DNA from: Felis catus
Taxonomy: Eukaryota
Direction: 5' to 3'
DNA: 64,000 bases
NCBI RefSeq assembly: GCF_018350175.1
Contig: NC_058368.1
Span: 191,706,001-191,770,000 of the forward strand
A model generated the notes under the pieces. The model had not been told where the DNA came from, ran no database searches, and saw nothing but the letters and a program-made list of their open reading frames with translations. Numbering within the stretch: position 1 is the stretch's first letter; the number at the start of each line of letters is the position of its first letter. The position numbers and the translations under genes are program-made. This document shows positions 50,156 to 61,599 of the stretch, one piece after another.

Positions 50156-51330
50156 TCCACATTTTGCTTTTGACCCACACTACATACTTCTTTCTTCCTA
50201 CCCTAGGATTGCTCTAATACCAAGGTATGGGATGCCCATTTTCAGCACTCACACATTGCAACCTGGAGGCGTAGATGTTTTAACACTTGTGAAGCCAGCT
50301 TTGGACCCAATGAAGAGTTTTTTTTTTTTTTCTTTTTGTTCCCAGGCAGAGTGTTCCAAGTTGTATTTATTTCCCATGGCTCCTTAAACAGGCTGAGCAG
50401 CAGTGACATATAGCAGTGGCCAGTTCTATTATACATCTTGAATTGACTTTTTTTTTTCTTATTTCACTTTCTCTGTCTTGTACTTCTCCTGCCTGGGGTT
50501 CCCAAATAAATGACCTCTGTGCACCCTTTGCCTCAGGACTCTACTTTTAGGAAAATCCAGATGAAGACAATAACACTGTTGAGGAATGGGGCAAGATGGC
50601 ATTTGCAATATATGGTGCTGTCACAATGAGATATCCATATAGAAATAATAAAAGCTGACCTCTACTTATACCTCATTTAAAAAATCAATTTTAGGTAGAT
50701 TATAGATCTAACTGTAAGAGGCAAAACAATAAAAGCTCGAGAAGATAATGTGGGAGCACATATTCCTGACCTCCGGGGTAGGAGAAGACTTTTAAAGTGA
50801 ACCCGTCAGTAACAAAGAATCAAAGTCTGATAAATTTGGCTACATCAAAATTAAGAACATCTGTTTGTCAAGACATCATTAAGAGAATGGAAATGCGAGG
50901 CACAGAATAAGAGATTTGCAACACATAGCACCAATAAAGGAGCTTGTATCTAGAATATAAAATGAAGTCCTATAAATCAATACAAAGACAGAAAACCTAG
51001 GAGAAAAGTGTGGAAGAGAGTTGATCAAAGAAGATATCCAAATGGCTACCAGACATGCAACAATGTGTTCATTAGCCATCATGGGAATGCAAACTAAAAC
51101 CACAAAAAGATTCACAGCCACCAGACTGGCTAAACATTTTTAAGCCAACAATTCCAACTGTTGGCAAGGATGTGGAATAAGGGAACTCTCAAATTCTGCT
51201 GATGGGAGCATACATTAATACCACCACTCTAGGAAAATTGGGCAGTATTTCCTTAAACTAAACATGTTTATTGCCAATGACCTAGCAATTCTGCTCCTAG
51301 AAATACATCCATCAGAAATGCATATTCATG

Positions 51331-51533
51331 GGGGCACCTGGGTGGCTCGGTTAAGCCTCTGACTTCAGCTCAGGTCATGATCTCGCAGTTTGTGGGTTCA
51401 AGCCCTGCGTTGGGCTCTGTGCTGACAGCTCAGAGCCTGGAGCCTGCTTCAGATTCTGTCTCCCTCTCTCAATCTGCTCCTCCCCTGCTCGTGCTCTGTC
51501 TCTCAACAATAAATAAATGTTAAAAAAAAAATT
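51331..51533 (+). mobile_element. Can-SINE
   Basis: Perfect TSD AGAAATGCATATTCATG (51314/51534). Confidence 0.94.
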
Positions 51534-51550
51534 AGAAATGCATATTCATG

Positions 51551-51755
51551 GAGCCTGAGTGGCTCAGTTGGTTAAGTGTCTGACTTCAGCTCAGATCATG
51601 ATCTCACGACTTGTGAGTTCAATCCCCTCATTGGGCTGTCTGCTGTCAGCACAGAGCCTGCTTGGGATCCTCTATCCCCTCTCTCTCTGCCTCTCCCCCA
51701 CTCACAAGTGCATACTAGCATTCTCTCTCTCAAAAATAAATAAACATTCAAAAAA
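51551..51755 (+). mobile_element. Can-SINE, tandem to the previous one
   Basis: Followed by a third, degenerate target copy AGAAATCCAGATTCATG. Confidence 0.92.
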
Positions 51756-52747
51756 AGAAATCCAGATTCATGTGCACCAAAGAGAATGGGCAGGAATGTT
51801 CACAACAGCATTACTTTAATAGGCCAAAGTTAGAAAACAGCCAGGAGTTTATCAACCATATGGGACAAATCAATCACTGAGTATTCACACAACAGAAAAC
51901 AGCAGTGAAAATGAAACTATAGCTCTACACAATAACAAGAACGATTATCACAAACGTTATGCTGTGAAAGAAATCAGACACAAATGTCTGCATGGATTTG
52001 GTTATTTAAAATTCCAAAACAGCCAAAATCATATTGTTTATAGATGTATACTTTAGTGTTAAAAATACAAAAGGAAAGCAAATAAAGCGACTGTCATAAA
52101 GGCAGAATAATGGTTTCTCTTAAGGGGAAAAAGGGAGTTGTTATGGAGTCAGGTCACTTTGAGGGTTCACGGTGCTGGCAATGCTATTTCCTAATCTAGA
52201 CTGTACTTATACAGATAATTACTTTCTAATGATTTATGAATCCACATGTTTATTTTCCTCAGTAAAGTATGTAACATTTCACAGTAGAAAAAACATTTCA
52301 CAGAGAGAAGAGCAACACCATCCTAACACTAAATGAATAGTGGGTTTTCATTAAATTTTAACACATTATTCTCATGAAGAGGAAGTTTAATAAGCAGCCA
52401 AAAGCTGAGGCATGAGACCTAGAAAAGCATTAGTCATAACAACGCTTACTAATGGCCACGTGGCAGAGTTTTCCATACTGCTTCATATGCTTGATGACAT
52501 TTTTGGGGTGGTGAAGAAATTGTCATTCAGAAGAGTCAAAGGACTTTTCCAAGGGCAGAAAGCTATGAAAGGCCTTTAACAGGACTTGAACTGGGGCGTT
52601 CCCCTTTAAGTTCAGCACTCTTTCTCCCAAATCCAGCAAAGGGACCCGAGAGGGGGAATAAGAACCTATAGGAAGAGTGGTCGGGATAGTACGAAGTGAG
52701 GCATTTGTCCTACAAAGTGGTTGCTGTTTAAGGATTTTGACTTTTTA

Positions 52748-52750
<3 letters not shown>

Positions 52751-52792
<42 letters not shown>
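52751..52792. repeat. (GT)21 microsatellite
   Basis: Read directly. Confidence 0.97.
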
Positions 52793-52796
<4 letters not shown>

Positions 52797-53704
52797 ACGC
52801 ATGCACGTGCTTGTGCTTTGGTTTTGTTTTGTAGAGGACACTCTCGCTAAGCCACTTAACCAAGGAGAAAAGGAAAAATGGGAAAGATTATGATCACTTA
52901 CCACAAGAGGCTTTCTTTCCTTAGGTCCTGGCTGGGTGAACCTGTGTTAGGACCGGAACGAGCTCATGTTCGCATGTTCATTTTCAGCTTACCTCTTTTA
53001 ATGACATCTATTGCTGCAATAATAATCACCCTCCAAGCTCTGGGTGCTGGAACTCACTCTCTGAAAGACATCTTAAGAAACTGCCATATCTCACCTATGA
53101 ATAAATTACCCATCATGAATGCACTTCAGCCCCAGAATAATGTGATTTGCCCTGACCCCATTAGATTACATCAATGTAACTACACAGATGCTAATTGTAA
53201 TACTCTGTTATTTGCACACAGAATCAAGGGGCAATGTCCTGCCTTAAGAGTTTAATGGCTCTAAAGCAGTGAGAAGCAGACTTCGTTATCCCTCTCTGGC
53301 TTTTCAGCAGCTGGTGGTCTCTGTAGGAAAATGCAAATGCAGAAGCAGAGTAGCTGAACCTTGGGTATGTTTGCATTTATACCTGCTAATTAAACCAAAG
53401 GAAAACCTTACCTTCCCAACTGAAAACCTTCTGCTCTGGGACCTCAGCCCAGGTACAAGCCAAGATTGTGCTGTTCTCTTCACTTAGAACAATGCTGTCC
53501 ACTGGAAATACAGTGTGAGCCAAAACTGAGACCCATGTAAGTAATTTTAAATTTTCTAGTACAAAAAAAAAGGCAAAATTAGTTTTAACAATATCATTTT
53601 AGGCCAGGATATCCAAAATGCTGTCATTTATGTATTTAACCAATATTTTAAAAGTTGAGATATTTCACATTCTGTTTTTTAAAGGGGTTTATTTTGAGAA
53701 GCGG

Positions 53705-53716
53705 CAAGATGGCGGC
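53705..53716 (+). promoter_or_regulatory. YY1 site of the L1 internal promoter
   Basis: CAAGATGGCGGC at L1 position +10, where YY1 sites lie in L1 5' ends. Confidence 0.8.
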
Positions 53717-54623
53717 GTAGGAAGACGCAGGGCTCACCGCGCGTCCTGCTGATCACTTAGATTCCACCTACACCTGCCTAAATAACCCAGAAAACTGCCA
53801 GATGATTAGCAGAACGGAGTCGCCGGAGCCAAACGCAGACGAGAGGCCCACGGAAGAGGGTAGGAAGGGCGGCAAGGCGGTGCGCGCTCCACGGACTGGC
53901 GGGAGGGAGCCGGGGCGGAGGGGCGGCTCGCCGGCCAAGCAGAGCCCCCGAGTCTGGCTGGCAAAAGCGGAGGGGCCTGACGGACTGTGTTCCCACAACA
54001 AGCGCGACTTAGCGTCTGGGAGGTCATAAGTTAACAGCTCTGCTCGGAAAGCGGGAAGGCTGGAGGACAAAGAGAGGGAGAGCTGCTGAGCCCCCTGACT
54101 ACAGAGCTCAGCTTGGTGGGGAACAAAGGCGCTCGCCAGCGCCATCTCCCCCGCCCATCCCCCAGCCAAAATCCCAAAGAGAACCAGTTCCTGCCAGGGA
54201 ACTTGCTCGCTCCGCGCAAACACCCAACTCTGTGCTTCTGCGGAGCCAAACCTCCGGCAGCGGATCTGACTCCCTCCCGCTGCCACAGGGCCCCTCCTGA
54301 AGAGGATCACCTAAGGAGAAGCGATCTAAGCCTGCCCCTCCTGCCCCCGTGCACCTTGCCTACCCACCCCAGCTAATACGCCAGATCCCCAGCATCACAA
54401 GTCTGGCAGTGTGCAAGTAGCCCAGACGGGCCACACCACCCCACAGTGAATCCCGCCCCTAGGAGAGGGGAAGAGAAGGCACACACCAGTCTGACTGTGG
54501 CCCCAGCAGTGGGCTGGGGGCAGACATCAGGTCGGACTGCAGCCCCGCCCACCAACTCCTGTTATACACCACAACACAGGGGAAGGACCCTGCAGGTCCT
54601 CACCACGCCAGGGACTATCCAAA

Positions 54624-55512
54624 ATGACCAAGCGGAAGAATTCCCCTCAGAAGAATCTCCAGGAAATAACAACATCTAATGAGCTGATCAAAAAGGATTT
54701 AAATAATATAACAGAAAGTGAATTTAGAATAATAGTCATAAAATTAATCGCTGGGCTTGAAAACAGTATACAGGACAGCAGAGAATCTCTTGCTACAGAG
54801 ATCAAGGGACTAAGGAACAGTCACGAGGAGCTGAAAAACGCTTTAAATGAAATGCATAACAAAATGGAAACCACCACAGCTCGGCTTGAAGAGGCAGAGG
54901 AGAGAATAGGTGAACTAGAGGATAAAGTTATGGAAAAAGAGGAAGCTGAGAAAAAGATAAAAAAAATCCAGGAGTATGAGGGGAAAATTAGAGAACTAAG
55001 TGATACACTAAAAAGAAATAATATACGCATAATTGGTATCCCAGAGGAGGAAGAGAGACGGAAAGGTGCTGAAGGGGTACTTGAAGAAATCATAGCTGAG
55101 AACTTCCCTGAACTGGGGAAGGAAAAAGGCATTGAAATCCAAGAGGCACAGAGAACTCCCTTCAGACGTAACTTGAATCGATCTTCTGCACGACATCATA
55201 GTGAAACTGGCAAAATACAAGGATAAAGAGAAAATTCTGAAAGCAGCAAGGGGCAAACGTGCCCTCACATATAAAGGGAGACCTATAAGACTCGTGACTG
55301 ATCTCTCTTTTGAAACTTGGCAGGCCAGAAAGAATTGGCACGAGATTTTCAGGGTGCTAGACAGAAAAAATATGCAGCCGAGAATCCTTTACCCAGCAAG
55401 TCTGTCATTTAGAATAGAAGGAGAGATAAAGGTCTTCCCAAACAAACAAAAACTGAAGGAATTTGTCACCACTAAACCAGCCCTACAAGAGATCCTAAGG
55501 GGGACCCTGTGA
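54624..55512 (+). pseudogene. ORF1: L1 ORF1p (RNA-binding chaperone), frameshifted near 55197-55201
   Basis: Coiled coil, RNNIRIIGIPEEEE, and ARKNW/LYPASLS motifs split over two frames (54624-55226 and 55201-55512). Confidence 0.95.
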
Positions 55513-55562
55513 GACAAAGTCCCAGAGACATCACTACAAGCATAAAACATACAGACATCACA

Positions 55563-58433
55563 ATGACTCTCAACCCGTATCTTTCTATAATAACACTGAA
55601 TGTAAATGGATTAAATGCACCAACCAAAAGACATAGGGTATCAGAATGGATAAAAAAACAAGACCCATTTATTTGCTGTCTACAAGAGACTCATTTTAGA
55701 CCTGAGGACACCTTTAGATTGAGAGTGAGGGGATGGAGAACTATTTATCATGCGACTGGAAGCCAAAAGAAAGCTGGAGTAGCCATACTTATATCAGACA
55801 AACTAGACTTTAAATTAAAGGCTGTAACAAGAGATGAAGAAGGACATTATATAATAGTTACAGGGTCTATCCATCAGGAAGAGCTAACAATTATAAATGT
55901 CTATGCGCCGAATACCGGAGCCCCCAAATATATAAAACAATTACTCATAAACATAAGCAACCTTATTGATAAGAATGTGGTAATTTCAGGGGACTTTAAC
56001 ACCCCACTTACAGAAATGGACAGATCATCTAGACACACGGTCAATAAAGAAACAAGGGCCCTGAATGAGACATTGGATCAGATGGACTTGACAGATATAT
56101 TTAGAACGCTGCATCCCAAAGCAACAGAATATACTTTCTTCTCGAGTGCACATGGAACATTCTCCAAGATAGATCATATACTGGGTCACAAAACAGCCCT
56201 TCACAAGTTTACAAGAATTGAAATTATACCATGCATACTTTCAGACCACAATGCTATGAAGCTTGAAATCAACCACAGAAAAAAGTCTGGAAAACCTCCA
56301 AAGGCATGGAGGTTAAAGAACACCCTACTAACGAATGAGTGGGTCAACCAGGCAATTAGAGAAGAAATTAAAAAATATATGGAAACAAACGAAAATGAAA
56401 ATACAACAATCCAAACGCTTTGGGACGCAGCGAAGGCAGTCCTGAGAGGAAAATACATTGCAATCGAGGCCTATCTCAAGAAACAAGAAAAATCCCAAAT
56501 ACAAAATCTAACAGCACACCTAAAGGAACTAGAAGCAGAACAGCAAAGGCAGCCTAAACCCAGCAGAAGAAGAGAAATAATAAAGATCAGAGCAGAAATA
56601 AACAATATAGAATCTAAAAAAACTGTAGAGCAGATCAACGAAACCAAGAGTTGGTTTTTTGAAAAAATAAACAAAATTGACAAACCTCTAGCCAGGCTTC
56701 TCAAAAAGAAAAGGGAAATGACCCAAATAGATAAAATCATGAATGAAAATGGAATTATTACAACCAATCCCTCAGAGATACAAACAATAATCAGGGAATA
56801 CTATGAAAAATTATATGCCAACAAATTGGACAACCTGGAAGAAATGGACAAATTCCTGAACACCCACACTCTTCCAAAACTCAATCAGGAGGAAATAGAA
56901 AGCTTGAACAGACCCATAACCAGCGAAGAAATTGAATCGGTTATCAAAAATCTCCCAACAAATAAGAGTCCAGGACCAGATGGCTTCCCAGGGGAGTTCT
57001 ACCAGACGTTTAAAGCAGAGATAATACCTATCCTTCTCAAGCTATTCCAAGAAATAGAAAGGGAAGGAAAACTTCCAGACTCATTCTATGAAGCCAGTAT
57101 TACTTTGATTCCTAAACCAGACAGAGACCCAGTAAAAAAAGAGAACTACAGGCCAATATCCCTGATGAATATGGATGCAAAAATTCTCAATAAGATACTA
57201 GCAAATCGAATTCAACGGCATATAAAAAGAATTATTCACCAAGATCAAGTGGGATTCATTCCTGGGATGCAGGGCTGGTTCAACATTCGCAAATCAATCA
57301 ATGTGATACATCACGTTAACAAAAAAAAAGAGAAGAACCATATGATCCTGTCAATCGATGCAGAAAAGGCCTTTGACAAAATCCAGCACCCTTTCTTAAT
57401 AAAAACCCTTGAGAAAGTCGGGATAGAAGGAACATACTTAAAGATCATAAAAGCCACTTATGAAAAGCCCACAGCTAACATCATCCTCAACGGGGAAAAA
57501 CTGAGAGCTTTTTCCCTGAGATCAGGAACACGACAAGGATGCCCACTCTCACCGCTGCTGTTTAACATAGTGCTGGAAGTTCTAGCATCAGCAATCAGAC
57601 AACAAAAGGAAATCAAAGGCATCAAAATTGGCAAAGACGAAGTCAAGCTTTCGCTTTTTGCAGATGACATGATATTATACATGGAAAATCCGATAGACTC
57701 CACCAAAAGTCTACTAGAACTGATACAGGAATTCAGCAAAGTTGCAGGATACAAAATCAATGTACAGAAATCAGTTGCATTCTTATACACTAACAATGAA
57801 GCAACAGAAAGACAAATAAAGAAACTGATCCCATTCACAATTGCACCAAGAAGCATAAAATACCTAGGAATAAATCTAACCAAAGATGTAAAGGATCTGT
57901 ATGCTGAAAACTATAGAAAGCTTATGAAGGAAATTGAAGAAGGTTTAAAGAAATGGAAAGACATTCCCTGCTCATGGATTGGAAAAATAAATATTGTCAA
58001 AATGTCAATACTACCCAAAGCTATCTACACATTCAATGCAATCCCAATCAAAATTGCACCAGCATTCTTCTCGAAACTAGAACAAGCAATCCTAAAATTC
58101 ATATGGAACCACAAAAGGCCCCAAATAGCCAAAGGAATTTTGAAGAAGAAGACCAAAGCAGGAGGCATCACAATCCCAGACTTTAGCCTCTACTACAAAG
58201 CTGTCATCATCAAGACAGCATGGTATTGGGGCGCCTGGGTGGCGCAGTCGGTTAAGCGTCCGACTTCAGCCAGGTCACGATCTCGCGGTCTGTGAGTTCG
58301 AGCCCCGCGTCGGGCTCTGGGTTGATGGCTCAGAGCCTGGAGCCTGTTTCCGATTCTGTGTCTCCCTCTCTCTCTGCCCCTCCCCCGTTCATGCTCTGTC
58401 TCTCTCTGTCCCAAAAATAAATAAACGTTGAAA

Positions 58434-58473
<40 letters not shown>

Positions 58474-59645
58474 CAGCATGGTATTGGCACAGAAACAGAC
58501 ACATAGACCAATGGAATAGAATAGAAACCCCAGAACTAGACCCACAAACGTATGGCCAACTCATCTTTGACAAAGCAGGAAAGAACATCCAATGGAAAAA
58601 GGACAGCCTCTTTAACAAATGGTGCTGGGAGAACTGGACAGCAACATGCAGAAGGTTGAAACTAGACCACTTTCTCACACCATTCACAAAAATAAACTCC
58701 AAATGGATAAAGGACCTAAATGTGAGACAGGAAACCATCAAAACCTTAGAGGAGAAAGCAGGAAAGGACCTCTCTGACCTCAGCCGTAGCAATCTCTTAC
58801 TAGACACATCCCCAAAGGCAAGGGAATTAAAAGCAAAAGTGAATTACTGGGACCTTATGAAGATAAAAAGCTTCTGCACAGCAAAGGAAACAACCAACAA
58901 AACTAAAAGGCAACCAACGGAATGGGAAAAGATATTCGCAAATGACATATCGGACAAAGGGCTAGTATCCAAAATCTATAAAGAGCTCACCAAACTCCAC
59001 ACCCGAAAAACAAATAACCCAGTGAAGAAATGGGCAGAAAACATGAATAGACACTTCTCTAAAGAAGACATCCGGATGGCCAACAGGCACATGAAAAGAT
59101 GTTCAGCGTCGCTCCTTATCAGGGAAATACAAATCAAAACCACACTCAGGTATCACCTCACGCCAGTCAGAGTGGCCAAAATGAACAAATCAGGAGACTA
59201 TAGATGCTGGAGAGGATGTGGAGAAACGGGAACCCTCTTGCACTGTTGGTGGGAATGCAAATTGGTGCAGCCGCTCTGGAAAGCAGTGTGGAGGTTCCTC
59301 AGAAAATTAAAAATAGACCTACCCTATGACCCAGCAATAGCACTGCTAGGAATTTATCCAAGGGATACAGGAGTACTGATGAATAGGGCCACTTGTACCC
59401 CAATGTTCATAGCAGCACTCTCAACAATAGCCAAATAATGGAAAGAGTCTAAGTGTCCATCAACTGATGAATGGATAAAGAAATTGTGGTTTATATACAC
59501 AATGGAATATTACGTGGCAATGAGAAAAAATGAAATATGGCCTTTTGTAGCAACGTGGATGGAACTGGAGAGTGTGATGCTAAGTGAAATAAGCCATACA
59601 GAGAAAGACAGATACCATATGGTTTCACTCTTATGTGGACCCTGA
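55563..59645 (+). pseudogene. ORF2: L1 ORF2p (APE endonuclease, reverse transcriptase, CCHC), interrupted by a SINE and a premature TAA at 59436
   Basis: LNVNGLN, LQETH, GDFN, SDHN; FADD at 57657; CWRGC...HCWWEC; 1274 codons once the 258-bp insertion is removed. Confidence 0.97.
58228..58469 (+). mobile_element. Young SINEC_Fc-type SINE inserted in L1 ORF2
   Basis: Perfect TSD AAGACAGCATGGTATT (58212-58227/58470-58485); long pure poly-A. Confidence 0.98.
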
Positions 59646-59961
59646 GAAATTAACAGGAACCCATGGGGGAGGAGAAGGAAAAAAAAAAAAAAAACAGGTT
59701 AGAGTGGGAGAGAGCCAAAGCATAAGAGACTCTTAAAAACTGAGAACAAACTGAGGGTTGATGGGGGGTGGGAGGGAGGAGAGGGTGGGTGATGGGTATT
59801 GAGGAGGGCACCTTTTGGGATGAGCACTGGGTGTTGTATGGAAACTAATTTGTCAATAAATTTCATATAAAAAAAAACTAATATAATATGTCAAATACAC
59901 CTCAATAAAAAATATATAACTAAAAAAAAATAAAATATATTAAAATAAAGGGGTTTATTTT

Positions 59962-60138
59962 ATTTATTTATGGGAGTGAGAACGCAAGTGGGTGAAGGAC
60001 AGAGAGGGGGACAGAGGATCCAAACCAGGCTCCATGCTGACAATAGCAAGCCCGATGCGGTTCTTGAACTCATGAACGACGAGATCGTGACCTGAGCTGA
60101 AGTGAGATACTCATCCGACTGAGCCACCCAGGAGCCCC
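59962..60138 (-). mobile_element. Older Can-SINE whose A-tail received the L1
   Basis: Reverse body; tail resumes at about 53679-53695; degenerate TSD ACATT(C/T)TGTTTT. Confidence 0.9.
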
Positions 60139-60183
60139 TACATTTTGTTTTCATATTAAATCTTCAAAATCTACATTTACAGC

Positions 60184-60753
60184 TGTAGAGGATAAAAAAC
60201 ATCTTTTCCTCTACTTTCTTATATTCGGTAGCGAATGTCTGTGAATTAAACTGACAAACGACAAATTAACAGGTGAAAAGCATACACATTTTATCTGATG
60301 TTAGGATTTTAATTTGTACATGCATGGAAGGCTTCACAGAAAAGAAGTGAGACCGAGAGAGGCAGTTAGACCTAAGGGCTTATGTATCCCTTTAACAAAG
60401 GTTGATTAGTTGTAGAGAAGACATAAGGAAAGGAGTTCAGGCTTGTGGGCATGGTCAGTTGTGGGAAGGTGAATGTATTGAGGAAACTAACTGAAGGTGA
60501 GGGTTGTTTTAGTAAGCTTTGTTTGTGAAAACCCATCTCTCTGACGACCTTCTGTCTCCAGTGGTAATGACTCTTTTGTCTTCCAGGTACAGGAGAGGGG
60601 AGAAGGGACAACTTCACAAAGGCAAGTTTATGCCAGCTTTGGGTAGATGGGGAGAGCACAGAGCTCTCTGTGTCTACTGTCTCTCAAGTGCTATCAGCTC
60701 AAAATAGTCCGTACAGCAAATTGGCATATTTGGGCATGTCCTGAACTCCTTCA
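60184..60753 (-). mobile_element. MER34-family ERV1 solo LTR
   Basis: Minus strand begins TGAAGGAGTTCAGGACATGCCCAAATATGCC...TATTTTGAGCTGA and ends CCTCTACA. Confidence 0.8.
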
Positions 60754-61037
60754 TGGGACCTCTCAATTTGGACCCTATACATTTCAGCTGCTCCATGGTC
60801 ACAGGTGATGAGGGGCAACCATACGGGACAGTGCAGATTTAAAGCTTCTTTGTGTTCCTTCCAGAGAAGCTTCTCCAAGTGCAAATGAATCTAAGACTGA
60901 AATTAGGCTAGGAGTATTCAAGTGCTTAACATAATCTCTAAAACATGGTCTGCTCCAATAAATGATAGCTATTATTGTTGTTGTTGTTGATCTTGTATTG
61001 AATACATTCAGCTTGCCTCATATCAAAGTCCACATCT

Positions 61038-61146
61038 GGGGGTGCCTGGCTGGCTCAGTCTGTAGAGCACACGACTCTTGATCTTGGGGTTGTGAGTTCA
61101 AGCCCCACACTGGGCATAGAGCTTACTTCAAAAAAAAAAAAAAAAA
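61038..61146 (+). mobile_element. Short Can-SINE
   Basis: GGGGTGCCTGGCTGGCTCAGTC...GTTCAAGCCCC...poly-A; TSD TCCACATCT. Confidence 0.9.
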
Positions 61147-61599
61147 GATCCACATCTAAATTTTTATACCCGTCTATTGCCCATCTATGCAAAACACCAA
61201 AATCTTATTATATACAGCATTTGTAAAATGCCATGCATAACATTATCTTTAACTATAGTTTTTATGACATAGCTGTCTCACATTTAGAACATTTTTACCA
61301 TACATTTGATTTTACCAAATCTGCATAACACCTGTACTATTATTTTATATTTGCCTTCAAATCACCTTTTTTCTTTAATCTGAGTATTTCGGGACTTTAC
61401 TCTCATCCGAGGAAGTCTCAGTCCTGAAATTGGGGGTTTGATATGCTAGATTAGGACTTTTCCTAATATTAATATAAATGCATAACTTAGAAAAATTTCT
61501 TTGTGCCTTTCCTAAAGACATCATATATACAATAATAGTACACCTTAACACACTTTGAGAAAAAAGTGATATAATCACTATTTTTATACAGCATTCTAT

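Larger units (their letters stand above)
49596..50569 (+). mobile_element. LTR33/LTR16-like ERVL LTR, interrupted by two SINEs
   Basis: 3' end CCCAAATAAA...TTTGCCTCAGGACTCTACTTTTAGGAAAATCCAGATGAAGACA. Confidence 0.55.
45510..52290 (+). mobile_element. Long degraded ancient L1M relic (ORF1 piece, 5'-region piece, ORF2, 3'UTR) with many insertions
   Basis: ORF1-like EIFEQMMAKDFPKL at about 45560; EN-like TTCAAGCACACATGGAACACTTACAAAAACTGACCA; RT-like CAGGAGTAAGGCAAGGATGTCCATT; 3' motifs to about 52280. Confidence 0.72.
53696..59946 (+). mobile_element. Full-length young felid LINE-1 (L1_Fc-like), inactivated
   Basis: Perfect TSD AAAGGGGTTTATTTT (53681-53695/59947-59961), TT/AAAG endonuclease site, 928-bp CpG-rich 5'UTR, ORF1, ORF2, G-rich 3'UTR, AATAAA 59855, A-rich tail. 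Confidence 0.98.
53490..60836 (+). mobile_element. MER33 MITE in three pieces (53490-53678, 60139-60183, 60754-60836)
   Basis: Left TIR CAATGCTGTCC, GTAATTTTAAATTTTCTAGT, right end CTCAATTTGGAC...GGACAGTGCAG. Confidence 0.78.

Noticed and set aside
55509..55562. 18-aa N-terminal extension of ORF2 in the ORF track
   Set aside because: Starts at a GTG overlapping the ORF1 stop; the likely start is ATG 55563 after the 50-nt inter-ORF spacer
56201..58807. Several antisense ORFs within L1 ORF2
   Set aside because: Routine by-product of L1 codon composition
59755..59796. G-quadruplex-like tract in the L1 3'UTR
   Set aside because: Real, but a well-known conserved feature of mammalian L1 3'UTRs
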